Below, piece after piece: positions 9,552 through 20,475 of a stretch of DNA of 64,000 nucleotides (within the stretch, counting starts at the first letter, position 1; every line of letters begins with the position of its first letter). The notes under the pieces were generated by a model that worked only from the letters and a program-made list of their open reading frames with translations, did not search any database and was not told the origin of the DNA. The position numbers and the translations under genes were made by a program. Source of the DNA: Thermoanaerobaculia bacterium (GTDB lineage Bacteria; Acidobacteriota; Thermoanaerobaculia; UBA5066); the NCBI GenBank assembly GCA_963816185.1, contig CAWFJJ010000001.1, positions 608,001 through 672,000 on the forward strand. The letters are read 5' to 3'.

Positions 9552-11860
9552 ATGGCGAACCGGCTCGCGCATGAATCGTCCCCCTATCTCCGCCAGCACG
9601 CGCACAACCCGGTGGACTGGTACCCGTGGGGCGACGAGGCGTTCGAGAAGGCGCGGCGCGGGGACCGGCCCGTCTTCCTCTCGATCGGCTATTCCTCCTG
9701 CCACTGGTGCCACGTCATGGAGCACGAGTCTTTCGAGGACGAGGAGATCGCGCGCTTCCTGAACGAGCACTGGGTCAGCATCAAGGTCGACCGCGAGGAG
9801 CGGCCCGACGTCGACGACGTCTACATGACCGCCGTCCAGCTCATGACGGGCCGCGGAGGCTGGCCGCTGTCCGCGTTCCTTCTTCCCGACAAGAAGCCGT
9901 TCTTTTGCGGAACGTATTTCCCGCCCGACGACCGGCGCGGCCATCCGGGTTTCCTCACGGTCCTGAAACGGCTGGAAGCCGCGTGGCGCGAGAGGCGCGC
10001 CGACCTCGAGAGCGGCGCCGCCGAGCTCGCCGCCGAACTCGCCGCGGCGTCCGGCGTCGCGGCCCGCGGCGCGCCGGAGCCCCTTTCGTCCGACCTGCTC
10101 GGCCTCCTGGGAGCCGCCCTGACCCGGAACTTCGACGCCGCCCACGGCGGCTTCGGCGACGCGCCGAAGTTTCCGCCGCACCTCGCGCTCGCGTGGCTTC
10201 TCCGCAGGGGGGGAGCGGAGACGCCACGGCGCTCGCGATGGCGCAGGCAACGCTCGACGCGATGGCGTCTGGCGGCATTTGCGACCAGCTCGGCGGCGGC
10301 TTTCACCGGTATTCCACGAACGCCGAGTGGCTCCTTCCGCACTTCGAGAAGATGCTCACCGACAACGCGCAGCTCCTCGGGGTCTACGCGCGCGCGTACG
10401 CGATCACGGGCGACGAGACGTACGCCCGGGTCGCGCGCAGCACCGGCGACTACCTCTTGCGCGAGATGCGGGGGCCGGAGGGCGGCTTCTACGCCGGGAC
10501 GGACGCGGATTCCGAGGGAGAAGAAGGGAAATTCTTTGTTTGGGACCCGAGCGAAATCCGTGAGGTCCTCGGGAAGGACGAGGGAGAATATTTCTGCGAA
10601 TGGTATGGGGTTCGGGAAGGCGGCAACTTCAGCGAGGAGGCTTCCGGCAGCCGCACCGGCGCCAGCATTCTTCACCTTTCTAAGAAGATCTCCTCTTCCC
10701 CGGGTGCGGAAGCTCGGCTCGCGCCGCTTCGGCAACGGCTTCTCGAGGCGCGCAGCAAACGGGTCCCTCCCGCCCTCGACGACAAGCGCGTCGCGGGGTG
10801 GAACGCGCTCGCGGTCTCGGGCTTCGCGGTCGCGTCAAGCGCGCTTTCCGAGCCGCGTTATCTCGAGGCCGCGCGCAAAGGCGCGCGCTTTCTGCTCGAT
10901 TTCTGCCGCGACTCGAGAGGACGGCTCCAGCGCACGTGGAAGGACGGCGTCGCGAAGATCCCCTCGTTCCTCGAGGACGAGGCCTTTCTCGCGCACGCGT
11001 TCCTCGATCTCGAGGAGGCGGACGGAGACGGCGCCGGCGGGTGGCGGGACGAGGCCGCCGCTGCAGTCGCCTCGATGCGCGCGCGATTTCGGAGGAAAGA
11101 CGGCCCCGGCTTCGCGTTTTCCGGAGACGGAAACGAAACGCTGCTCGTGAACGGGCGGGACCTCTTTGACAAGGCCACTCCCTCGGCCTCCGGCGCCGCC
11201 GCATGGGCTCTCGCGCGCTTCGCGCGGAAGACCGGCGACCGCGAGCTCGCCCGCGAAGCCCGCGACGCCGTCGAGGAGGTGTCGTGGCTCATGACGCGCT
11301 CGCCGCACGGCACGGAGTCGTGGTTCTTCGCCCTCGAGGAGCTCCTCGAGTTCGAGGACGAGTACGGATTGCTCCCTCTCGCGGACGCCGCCGAAGCGCG
11401 ACGACCTGCAGTAGGGCAGGGCACCGGAGATTTTTCTTCGAAGGTGAGTGGGATTTCGGCTGACGACTCGCCGGTGCGCGTCGAGGGAGTGGCCGTCGAG
11501 AGGAAGATCGTGCGCGGAGGCAAAGGCGCGCTCATTCTCAGAATCTCGGTCTCCGAGGGTTGGTACCTGCAAGGACCCGATGGTTTACGCGTCGAAACTC
11601 AGGGAGTCAGAGGGTCCGAATCCGAATTCACCTTCGAAGAGATTTCTCTACCCGCGCCTTCGCGCCTGCCCGGCTCGACGCGAGACGACGAAGCGGGCTG
11701 GTTCGGGACCCTCGAAGCAAATCTCTCTTTCTCCGTCTCCCGAAAGGCGGCGAAGGGAAAGAGAGAGGTGTCCGTCCGCGTGGCCTATCGGGCCTGCGGC
11801 GAAGGCGCGTGCCGGCCCGAGCAGGTCTTGTCGTTGACCGTGCCGATCGAGGTCGTCTGA
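9552..11860 (+). CDS. YyaL/SSP411 thioredoxin-domain protein with C-terminal DsbD-N-like domain; frameshift near G7 run at 10207
   Basis: [41 protein letters not shown] split over two frames; C-terminal [11 protein letters not shown]. Confidence 0.85.
10671..11735. repeat. Dispersed motif cluster B
   Basis: - copy GGAGATCTTCTTAGAAAGGTGAA (10671-10693); + copy GAGATTTTTCTTCGAAGGTGAG (11427-11448); - copies at 11627-11648 and about 11710-11733. Confidence 0.65.
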
Positions 11861-11900
11861 CGCCCGCGAACGATTCGTGCGTCGGGCGGGTGTCGTCTCG

Positions 11901-12383
11901 TCAGGAGCGCGGCCGGCCTCCCAGCAGCTTCCCCGCCATGACGAGCTGCCCGACGTGATAGGCGTTGTGGTCGAGGACGAGAAGGATCGACCTGAGGTAC
12001 GACTTTCCACGCGCATGTGGGATCGCCGCCGTCAGATCCGGCACGCGCGCGAGGAAGTCCTCGAGCGACTTCCTGTCCGCGGCAACATCCTCGACGCTCT
12101 TTTTCCAGCTCGAGACCGAGGGCGGCGCCGGCCCCTTCGGCCAGTAGTCGTCCGGCCAGGCCCCGGCGACGTAATCAGGTTTCGTGCAGAACTCGAGGAG
12201 ATCGCGCTGCGCGAGCCGGATGTGCTCCAGGAGCTCCCACGGCGAGTGGTCGAAGCCGTGCGGCCTCTTGCCGCGGAATCGCGCGGGGATCCTCGCGACG
12301 GCATCCTCGAACGTCAGGCGGGCTTCCCCCCAGCCGAGCGCGCGGGACAGGTGCTGCCGGAGCGCGTCGTCGTTTGCGGTCAT
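11901..12383 (-). CDS. DinB family protein
   Basis: HSPWELLEHIRLAQRD...WPDDYWP...DHNAYHVGQL. Confidence 0.85.
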   Translation of the reverse strand: MTANDDALRQHLSRALGWGEARLTFEDAVARIPARFRGKRPHGFDHSPWELLEHIRLAQRDLLEFCTKPDYVAGAWPDDYWPKGPAPPSVSSWKKSVEDVAADRKSLEDFLARVPDLTAAIPHARGKSYLRSILLVLDHNAYHVGQLVMAGKLLGGRPRS

Positions 12384-12393
12384 GGGACCTCCG

Positions 12394-13038
12394 TCATTTC
12401 CGGAGCAGCTTGAACGCGTGGTTGAAGGAGCCCGAGAGGATTCCGACCTTCACCCACAGGATGCACATCGGCTCGAGAAGGCGGGCGCCTTCGAGCCCGC
12501 CGAGGTCGATGGCGTTCCAGCCGAACGCGCGGCAGATGTCTGCGGCGGTCTTCCGCGCCGCCTCGTCGTTCCCGCAGAGGAACATGTCGGGCGGCCCGCC
12601 CGGGAATTTCGGATCGACCATGTGCGCGTTCCCGACGGTGTTGAAGACCTTCACGACGCGCGCGCCCGGCAGCCAGCGCTGGATCTGCTCGCCGCCCGAG
12701 TCCGTGTGGCCCACGGCGAGCTTCGGGGGCTGATTCGGCTCGAAGAGGAGCGGGTTCGTCACGTCGAGGACCACCTTGCCCTTGAAGTTCTCGGCTCCCG
12801 CGAGGCGGAGCGCGCTTTCGGTCCCGCTCCAGAGCGTCGCGACGACGACGATCTCGCCGAAGGACACCGCGTCGCGGAACGTCCCGGCGGAGCCCTTCCC
12901 CCCGTGCTTCGCGGCCCACTTCGTGATCTTTTCGTTCGTGGCTTCCCGCGCGCCGAGCTTCACGTCGTGTCCGCGCGAGACGAACCCGTTTCCGAGCGCC
13001 TGGCCGACTTCACCGCTTCCGAGAATTCCGACCTTCAT
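12394..13038 (-). CDS. NADPH-dependent F420 reductase-like NAD(P)-binding oxidoreductase
   Basis: GILGSGEVG, LDVTNPL, VVKVFNT, DLGGL. Confidence 0.85.
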   Translation of the reverse strand: MKVGILGSGEVGQALGNGFVSRGHDVKLGAREATNEKITKWAAKHGGKGSAGTFRDAVSFGEIVVVATLWSGTESALRLAGAENFKGKVVLDVTNPLLFEPNQPPKLAVGHTDSGGEQIQRWLPGARVVKVFNTVGNAHMVDPKFPGGPPDMFLCGNDEAARKTAADICRAFGWNAIDLGGLEGARLLEPMCILWVKVGILSGSFNHAFKLLRK

Positions 13039-13096
13039 GACGGGTCCTCCGCCCGCCGCAAACGCGAGCGGCTGGTCGGAAAATTCCCCCCCTCCC

Positions 13097-13531
13097 TCAG
13101 CCCGCGACGCCGTCGTACCCGAGGTAGGCCTCGAGGGCGTTCACCTCGTGCTCGAGGTCGGCGATCCGCTCCTCCATGACGCCGCGCAGGGAGACCATGC
13201 CGACGACCCTCCGCTCCTCGTTCAGGATCGGGAGGTGGCGGATGTGATGCTCGGTCATCTTGTCGGCCGCTTCGGCGTCCTCGCCGCTCCCGGGGGCCGT
13301 GACGACCGGCGACGTCATGACGGCCGAGACGGGCGTCCGTGCCGGGTCGCGCTTCGCGAGGACGATCTTGTCGAGAACGTCGCGCTCCGAGAAGATCCCC
13401 ACCATCTCGTTTCCCCTGAGGACGATCACGGCGCCGATCTGCTCTTTGACCATGATCCTGACGGCGGCTTCGACGGTCGCGGTCTCCTGGACGCTGACGG
13501 CGGGTCGGGACGAGTTCCTGAGAAGCTTCAT
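13097..13531 (-). CDS. CBS domain protein
   Basis: Tandem CBS: IGAVIV..GIFSERD; IRHLPI..VVGMVS. Confidence 0.9.
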   Translation of the reverse strand: MKLLRNSSRPAVSVQETATVEAAVRIMVKEQIGAVIVLRGNEMVGIFSERDVLDKIVLAKRDPARTPVSAVMTSPVVTAPGSGEDAEAADKMTEHHIRHLPILNEERRVVGMVSLRGVMEERIADLEHEVNALEAYLGYDGVAG

Positions 13532-13624
13532 GACGGACTCCTCTCGCAGGCTCGCGCCTGACGTCAATCTGGGAGCCCCTCGAGAGGCCCGCCATGATGC
13601 ACGTGGCTCACGAAGGAGACTTTT

Positions 13625-14416
13625 TCAGCGGCGATAGCCGCCCGGCTTCCTGTCGTTCAGCACCGGGAACTTCGCGCGTGCGTCGGCCACCGCCGCGGGA
13701 TCGACGTCTACGAGGAGGACGGTCTCGATCTCGGCGGCGCTCGCGAGCGTCTCGCCCCACGGCGAGATCACGGCCGAGTCGCCCGCGTGATGGAAGCCCT
13801 TGCCGTCGTCGCCCACGCGGTTGACGCCGACGACATAGCAGAGGTTCTCGATCGCGCGCGCTTTCAAAAGGAGCTGCCAGTGCGCGCGCCTCCGCTCGGG
13901 CCAGTTCGCGACGACCGCGAAGAGGTCGGTTCCGTCCGCGGCGAGGCGGAAGGGCTCCGGGAAGCGAAGGTCGTAGCAGATCTGCGGCGTCACGCGCACG
14001 CCCTCGATCGTCCACGTCACGACGCTCTCGCCGGCCGCGAATTTCCCGCTCTCTCCCGCGAACGAAAAGGGATGGAGCTTCGTGTAGCGCGCGACGCCGC
14101 CGTCGGGCGAGACCCAGAGGGCATTGTTTCGCGGCAGCGCCGACGGCGCCCCGGAGGCATCGCACGTCTCGGCGAGGCCCGCGATCAGTTGCAGCCCGAG
14201 CCCGCGCGCGATCCCGCGCAGCCACTGCTCGCTCGGGCCTCCGGGCGGCTGGGCGATCTTCGCGCCGTCCATCGAGAAGCCCGTCGCGAACATCTCCGGC
14301 AGGAGGGCGAGGTTCGCGCCGGAGTCGACCGCGCGCTTGAGCAGCTTCGCGGCGCGGGCGTGGTTCGCCTGCCAGTCTTCCCACGCGAGATCCATCTGCA
14401 GCAACGCGACGCGCAC
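13625..14416 (-). CDS. Carbon-nitrogen hydrolase (nitrilase/omega-amidase family)
   Basis: LPEMFATGF, YTKLHPF, ICYDLRFPE catalytic triad. Confidence 0.9.
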   Translation of the reverse strand: MRVALLQMDLAWEDWQANHARAAKLLKRAVDSGANLALLPEMFATGFSMDGAKIAQPPGGPSEQWLRGIARGLGLQLIAGLAETCDASGAPSALPRNNALWVSPDGGVARYTKLHPFSFAGESGKFAAGESVVTWTIEGVRVTPQICYDLRFPEPFRLAADGTDLFAVVANWPERRRAHWQLLLKARAIENLCYVVGVNRVGDDGKGFHHAGDSAVISPWGETLASAAEIETVLLVDVDPAAVADARAKFPVLNDRKPGGYRR

Positions 14417-14423
14417 GGCGGGA

Positions 14424-15200
14424 TTATGGACGCGGCTCGAGGAGGCGTCCCAGCGCTCTCAGGAAGGTCTCCTGTCCCTCCCGGAAACGAGGGTCGGAAG
14501 GCGAAAGCCCAGTGACGAGCAGCGTCATCTGGGGGAGCGCGGCCGGCATCATCGTCAGCGAGACGAGGGCGAGCTGGAGGTAGCGCGGATCGAGACCCGG
14601 CCGGATCCGGCCGAGGCGCTGCATCTCGTCGAGCGAGTCGACGGCCATGCGCCAGAGGGCGCGCCTCTCGTCGGCGCCGGCGAGCCGGCCGGCCGGCGGG
14701 TCGAGCGCCTCCCAGAGCGTCGCGCGCATCCATCTCGGCCGCTCGAGGAGGAAGCGCTGCCAGAAGACGAGCGCCTCCGACAGATCCGCCGGAGTCGCGT
14801 TCCCGGCCGCCCGCAGTGTCCGGGCGTTCGCAACGAAGACTTCCCTCACGAGGTTCTCCCGGGTTTCGAACGCGGCGTGGATGGTCCTCGGGTGCACGCC
14901 CGCGCGGCGCGCGATCCGTGCGAGGCGGGCGCCCGACGGGCCGTGGGCGCTCACTTCGCGCGCCGCCGCGGAGAGGATGCGCCGTCGCGTGCGTGCTGCA
15001 TCGCGCCCGGGAGATCCAGCGGGGTCGGGGCGTTCGGTGGCACCGTCTGCCCAGCGCGCGCGGGCGGCGTGCCGGGCGATCTCGCTCCGCTCATGCGCCG
15101 AGAGGCTTGCGGCGCGCGCTTTGCCGCCTCGCAGGCCGCCGCGGCGTCCGAGGAGCGCCGCCGCCGCGGAGGCGGGGCCATTCCGTGAGCGGTCAAGCAT
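14424..15200 (-). CDS. TetR/AcrR family regulator with N-terminal GGLRGGKARA module
   Basis: RTRRRILSAAAREVSAHGPSGARLARIARRAGV HTH; start ATG 15200 (or 15221) inside the long ORF 14424..16415. Confidence 0.75.
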   Translation of the reverse strand: MLDRSRNGPASAAAALLGRRGGLRGGKARAASLSAHERSEIARHAARARWADGATERPDPAGSPGRDAARTRRRILSAAAREVSAHGPSGARLARIARRAGVHPRTIHAAFETRENLVREVFVANARTLRAAGNATPADLSEALVFWQRFLLERPRWMRATLWEALDPPAGRLAGADERRALWRMAVDSLDEMQRLGRIRPGLDPRYLQLALVSLTMMPAALPQMTLLVTGLSPSDPRFREGQETFLRALGRLLEPRP

Positions 15201-15317
15201 GGCATCCGATTCCTCATTCATCTTGCGGCTCAACGGTTTGGGGTCCCTTCGTCCCGGATAGGCTGCGTCGCGGTCGCGGACATTGTGCGCCCGATCGGGC
15301 GCCGCCATGTTGGCTCC

Positions 15318-16016
15318 ATGACGCACACTCCTGCTCCAGCGCCAACCCTCCTCGCCTCCCGCCGCCACACGGTGGTCTTCCTCGTGATCCTCGGGGCCGT
15401 CGCGGCATGGGGCGCCGTGTCCCAGCAGCGGTTCGGCGGCGGCGCCGCGGCGCTGTTGCCGGCGGCGAAATGGGCGACCTATGTCTCGGTCATAGTGGTG
15501 CAGCTCCTCCTCGTGAGGTATGTCGTCGTCGGGATCAGGAGGAACGGACGGACGCTGCGCGACCTCCTCGGAGACCTCTCTCCGACGCCGCGCCGCGTCC
15601 TGACCGACTTCCTCCTGGCGATCGGCTTTCTGGCCGCGGCGCGCGTTCTTTCCCTGCTTCCCGGCGCCGCGCCGGGCATCCGCGACGACGTCGCACGCGT
15701 GATCGGCCCGTCGGGTCCGGCACAGATCGCGGCATGGATTCTGGTGTGCGCCGCCGCGGGTGCGGGAGAGGAGATCTCGTTCCGAGGCTACTTGCAGGGG
15801 CAGTTCGCGCGCATGACGTCGTCGGTGCCCGCTGCCCTCCTCCTCCAGGCCGCGGTGTTCGCGGTCGTCCACGCGTATCAGGGTTGGGGACCTGCGCTCC
15901 TCGCGGGCGCATACGGGCTTGCGTTCGGCGCCCTCGCCGCCGCACGGAAGAGCCTGCGTCCCGGAATCCTCGCGCACGCGCTCGTGGACGTCGTCGGCGG
16001 GATCTTCACGAGCTGA
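15318..16016 (+). CDS. CPBP (CAAX/Abi) intramembrane metalloprotease
   Basis: GEEISFRGYL, FAVVHAYQG, ILAHALVD. Confidence 0.9.
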   Translation: MTHTPAPAPTLLASRRHTVVFLVILGAVAAWGAVSQQRFGGGAAALLPAAKWATYVSVIVVQLLLVRYVVVGIRRNGRTLRDLLGDLSPTPRRVLTDFLLAIGFLAAARVLSLLPGAAPGIRDDVARVIGPSGPAQIAAWILVCAAAGAGEEISFRGYLQGQFARMTSSVPAALLLQAAVFAVVHAYQGWGPALLAGAYGLAFGALAAARKSLRPGILAHALVDVVGGIFTS

Positions 16017-16073
16017 CGGGCGCGCCGCTCGAGAGACGCGCCGGTATGATCCCGCCCTCAGCGAGGAGATCGA

Positions 16074-16355
16074 ATGGCTACGAAAAAGGGCTCGTCCGTC
16101 ACAGACAAGTTCAACGAAGCGAAAGCGCGCGTCGAGAAGCTCTCGAAGAGACCGTCCAACGACCAGCTCCTCGACCTCTATGCGTTCTACAAGCAGGCCA
16201 CGGAGGGAGACGTCTCCGGCTCGCGGCCCGGGATGCTCGATCTCAAGGGACGCGCGAAGTACGACGCCTGGACGGGCCGGAAAGGCCTCTCGAAGGACGA
16301 CGCGATGAAAAAATATGCCGCGCTGGTCGACAAGCTCGCCGCCGAGCTGGGGTGA
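16074..16355 (+). CDS. Acyl-CoA-binding protein (ACBP)
   Basis: LLDLYAFYKQATEGD...RAKYDAW; SD GAGGAG; TATGAT upstream. Confidence 0.9.
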   Translation: MATKKGSSVTDKFNEAKARVEKLSKRPSNDQLLDLYAFYKQATEGDVSGSRPGMLDLKGRAKYDAWTGRKGLSKDDAMKKYAALVDKLAAELG

Positions 16356-16413
16356 ATCCGGGCCGAGCTTCGCCGACGTCCGAACGGCCCCGCCTTTGCT
16401 AGCGGTTTTCGAC

Positions 16414-17224
16414 ATGAAAACTCTTCAATGGACTCGCCGTCACGGCGACCGCCTTCCTCGCCGCAAACGCCGCATTCGCGAAAGTCGTCACGAAACCGGT
16501 TCTGTACGAGCACGCGGGCACGAAGCTCGAGGGCTTTCTCGCGTACGACGACGCGAAGACCGCGAAAGGGAAGCTTCCCGGCGTCCTCGTGATCCCCGAG
16601 TGGTGGGGGCTCAACAAGTATGTGAAAGGGCGCGCCGAGCAGCTCGCCGCGATGGGCGACGTCGCCTTCGCCGCCGACATGTACGGGCAGGGGGTCGTCA
16701 CCGAAGACCCGAAGAAGGCGGGAGAGCTCGCGAGCCAGTTCCAGGGGAAGCCGCTCCTGGCCGAGCGCGCGAATGCCGGGCTCGAGCAGCTCCTGAAGAC
16801 GGGCCTCGTCGATCGGAAGAAGGTGGCCGCGATCGGCTTCTGCTTCGGAGGCGCGGCCGCGCAGGCGCTCGCATACACCGGCGCCCCGCTCGCGGGCATC
16901 GTCAGCTTCCACGGCGCGCCGGTGAACGCTCCCGCGTCTGCCGCGGGGGCCGTCAAGGCGAAGTTCCTGCTCCTCAACGGCGCGGACGACCCGATGGTGA
17001 AACCCGAGGCACGCGCGGCGCTCGAGAAGTCGCTCGAGGACGCGAAGATCGACTACCAGTCCGTGGACTACGCGGGCGCCGTCCACGCCTTCACGAACCC
17101 CGACGCGGACCGCCTCGCGGCCGCAGGAGGAATGAAGGGCATGATCGGGTACAACGAAACCGCCGCCCGGCGCTCCTGGAAGGCCATGCAGGTCTTCTTC
17201 GAGGAGATCTTCGGCGCACGCTGA
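16414..17224 (+). CDS. Dienelactone hydrolase family protein, exported; +1 frameshift in A4 run just after ATG
   Basis: Corrected MKLFNGLAVTATAFLAANAAFA signal peptide; PEWWG, GFCFGG, HAFTN. Confidence 0.85.
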
Positions 17225-17253
17225 AGCGGCGGTCCCGTCCTTTTCACGACCGT

Positions 17254-17487
17254 TCAGTCGAGCTGGAGGTCGAGGGTGTCCCTGTCCGCGATCGCCTCGC
17301 GGGGCGAGACGCGATCCGGAGCGACCGAAGCGGCGGCCCCGACCTTGCTCCCGAGGAACGACGTGTCGTGTTTCGTGGGAGCGCCTCCTGTGGCGAGAAG
17401 AGTCCCGGCGGCGAGAGCCAGACCGGCTAGCGCGCCCACCAGACCAGCTTTCCATCCCCTCTTCGTCTCTGCGTGTTCGTTTCTCAT
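17254..17487 (-). CDS. Small hypothetical exported/membrane protein
   Basis: SD GAGGGAGG; one hydrophobic segment; sigma54-type promoter upstream. Confidence 0.55.
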   Translation of the reverse strand: MRNEHAETKRGWKAGLVGALAGLALAAGTLLATGGAPTKHDTSFLGSKVGAAASVAPDRVSPREAIADRDTLDLQLD

Positions 17488-17523
17488 TGTGCCCTCCCTC
17501 TGTTCGATGTCGGAAAGGTCCAG

Positions 17524-17539
17524 AGCAAGCGCGGGGCCA
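17524..17539 (-). promoter_or_regulatory. Sigma54 (-24/-12) promoter
   Basis: TGGCCCCGCGCTTGCT on - strand matches TGGCAC-N5-TTGCW spacing. Confidence 0.6.
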
Positions 17540-17647
17540 CCGGCGCGCGCGAACGCCGGCAGAACACAACTCTCTGTTTTCCAAGGGCCTTAGCTTTTGC
17601 CTGCGTTCGACGGCGGGCCTGTTCGTCCGTTATCTGGACGACAGTTT

Positions 17648-18997
17648 CTAATTCCTGGACACGACGATGCCGTACTTGCGGATCTTCTCGTAGAGCGAGC
17701 TGCGCGAGATGCCGAGCGACTCCGCCGCCCGGCCGACTCGCCCCCTCTCGGCCTCGAGCGTCTTTCGAATCAAGTCCTTCTCCGTCTCGAGGAGACTGCC
17801 ATCGCCGGCAGCGGGCCCTAGGGTGGAGGGCGCGGGTTCGAAGGAAAAGTCCTCGGGCCCGATCTCTTGTCCGTGCGACAAGAGAACGGCCCGCTCGAGC
17901 GCGTTGCGCAGCTCGCGGACGTTCCCCGGCCAGCGATGGGCGCGGAGCTTCTGGAGAGCGGCGGGTGCAAGCCGCATCGGCTCGCGATCGAGGTCGAGCA
18001 CGATCTGCCCGAGGAGCAATTCCGCGAGCGGGGTCAGATCGTCGGGTCTCTGCCGAAGCGGCGGGATCTCCAGGACGACGGTGTTGATCCGGAAGTAGAG
18101 ATCCGCCCGGAATTCCTTCGTCTCGACGAGAGCGTCGAGGTGAGCGTGCGAAGCGGCGATCAAGCGGATGTCGACCTGGCGCTCGCGTACGTCGCCGAGG
18201 CGCCGGAATTTCTTTTCCTCCAGCACCTTCAGGAGCTTCGGCTGGACGGAGAGCGGCACGTCCCCGATCTCGTCCAGGAAGAGTGTCCCCCGGTGCGCGA
18301 CATCGAGAAGGCCGAGCTTCGTGGCGACCGCGCTCGTGAAAGCGCCCTTCTCGTGGCCGAAGAGCTCGCTTTCCAGGAACTCCGGAGAGAGCCCGGCGCA
18401 GTTCAGGTCCAGGAAGCTCTCCTCGCTGCGAGGGCCGTGCCGGTGAATCCAGGCCGCAAGAACGCCTTTACCGGTCCCCGTCTCTCCGTGGATGAGGACG
18501 GGGACGTTCGCGTCGGCGACGCGTTGTGTCCGATCGCGGAGGAGACGGATCGCCGGACTCGCGCCGAGGAAAGGGTCGATCTCTCCCCGCGCCTCGCGGG
18601 CTTCGTCCCGGAGGCGGCGGCGGCGGTTGCGCTGGTTCTCGAGAACCCGATCGACGACGAGAAGAAACGCCGGCAGCTGCACGGGCTTGGTCAGAAACTG
18701 CTCCGCCCCTTCCTGGATCGCCTGAACCGCCACGTCGAGCTCCTCGTACTTGGCGAGAACGACACAGGGGACGAACGCGTCGGCGCGCTTCACGTGCGCG
18801 AGGATTTCGAGCGCGTTCCCGTCCGGCAGTCGCGCGGCGACGACGAGCGTGTCCGGTCTCGAAGCCTCGAAGGACTGGATGGCGACGCGGCAGGACGCCG
18901 CCTCCTGCGTCTCGTACCCGTCGATCTGAAGCACAATCCGCAGGCTCTCGCGGATCGCGGCGTCGGCGTCGACGATCAGGATCCGCCCTCTCGTCAT
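17648..18997 (-). CDS. Sigma54-dependent enhancer-binding protein (NtrC/AtoC-like) with degenerate receiver
   Basis: [37 protein letters not shown]-terminal Fis HTH. Confidence 0.9.
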   Translation of the reverse strand: MTRGRILIVDADAAIRESLRIVLQIDGYETQEAASCRVAIQSFEASRPDTLVVAARLPDGNALEILAHVKRADAFVPCVVLAKYEELDVAVQAIQEGAEQFLTKPVQLPAFLLVVDRVLENQRNRRRRLRDEAREARGEIDPFLGASPAIRLLRDRTQRVADANVPVLIHGETGTGKGVLAAWIHRHGPRSEESFLDLNCAGLSPEFLESELFGHEKGAFTSAVATKLGLLDVAHRGTLFLDEIGDVPLSVQPKLLKVLEEKKFRRLGDVRERQVDIRLIAASHAHLDALVETKEFRADLYFRINTVVLEIPPLRQRPDDLTPLAELLLGQIVLDLDREPMRLAPAALQKLRAHRWPGNVRELRNALERAVLLSHGQEIGPEDFSFEPAPSTLGPAAGDGSLLETEKDLIRKTLEAERGRVGRAAESLGISRSSLYEKIRKYGIVVSRN

Positions 18998-19061
18998 GTG
19001 CGGCCCCTCGACAAAGACATCGCCTGCATTTTCCCCCCGACGCTCTGCTACGCTGAAAGGG

Positions 19062-20475
19062 ATGGGCGCGACGCTCTTCTCGAAGGTCTGGGATCTCCAC
19101 ACGGTGCGGAAGCTCCCCACCGGGCAGACGCAGCTCTTCGTGGGCCTCCACCTCGTTCACGAGGTCACGAGCCCGCAGGCCTTCGAGATGCTCCGCGCGC
19201 GCGGATGGAGCGTGGCGTTCCCGTCGCGCACGGTCGCGACGATCGACCACATCATCCCGACGGCGAGCCTCGCGCGGCCCTTCGCCGACGCGCGGGCCGA
19301 GGAGATGCTCACCTCGCTCCAGCAAAATTGCCGTGAGCACGGCGTCCCGCTGCACGACCTAGGCTCCGTCGAGCAGGGCATCGTCCACGTGATCGGCCCC
19401 GAGCTGGGGCTCACACAGCCCGGCATGACGATCGCCTGCGGCGACAGTCACACATCCACGCACGGCGCGTTCGGCGCGCTCGCGTTCGGCATCGGGACGT
19501 CGCAGGTGCGTGACGTCCTCGCGTCGCAGAGCCTCGCGCTGGACCCGCTCAAGGTGCGGCGCCTCGACGTCGGCGGCGCGCTCGCAACCCGGCGTCTACG
19601 CGAAGGACGTCATCCTCGCGATCATCCGCCGGCTCGGCGTGAAAGGCGGCGTGGGCTTCGCGTACGAATACGGCGGCGAGGCCGTGTCCAAGATGGCGAT
19701 GGAAGAGCGGATGACGCTCTGCAACATGTCCGTCGAGGGCGGCGCACGCGCGGGCTACGTGAACCCCGACGCGACGACGTTCGCGTATTTGAAGGGGCGC
19801 TCCGCGGCGCCTTCCGGCGCGGCCTTCGATCGCGCCGTGACCTGGTGGGCCTCGATGGCTTCGGACGAGAGCGCGCGCTACGACGACCGCGTGGCGTTGG
19901 ATGCCGGCGCGCTCGAGCCGCACGTGACGTGGGGAATCAATCCCGGGCAGAGCGTCGGCGTTTCGGGCCGCGTCCCGAAAGCCTCCGACGAGGCGCCCGA
20001 GGAGCGCGCGCAAGTCGCCGAGGCGCTCGATTACATGGGCTTTTCCGGCGGCGAGCCGATCTCCGGCACGAAGATCGACGTCGCGTTCATCGGGTCCTGC
20101 ACGAACGGGAGGCTGTCGGATCTCCGCGAGGCGAGCCGCGTCGTGAGGGGACGCAAGATCGCGCGGCACGTCAGAGCGCTCGTCGTTCCCGGCTCGAACG
20201 CGGTCAAGGCCGCTGCCGAGAAGGAAGGCCTCGACGCGGTCTTCCGCGACGCGGGCTTCGAGTGGCGCGGCGCCGGCTGCTCGATGTGCCTCGCGATGAA
20301 TCCGGACCGGCTCGAAGGGCGGCAGGTCTGCGCGTCCTCGTCGAACCGCAACTTCAAGGGCCGGCAGGGGAGCCCGACCGGCCGCACGCTCCTCATGAGC
20401 CCCGCGATGGTCGCGGCGGCGGCTCTCGCCGGCGAGGTGGCCGACGTGCGGCCGATGCTCGGAGGCGCGCGATGA
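19062..20475 (+). CDS. leuC: 3-isopropylmalate dehydratase large subunit; frameshift near 19585
   Basis: [53 protein letters not shown] across two frames. Confidence 0.92.

Noticed and set aside
15318-16016. Abi-family gene as a phage defence system
   Set aside because: Ordinary CPBP protease with no defence-island context.
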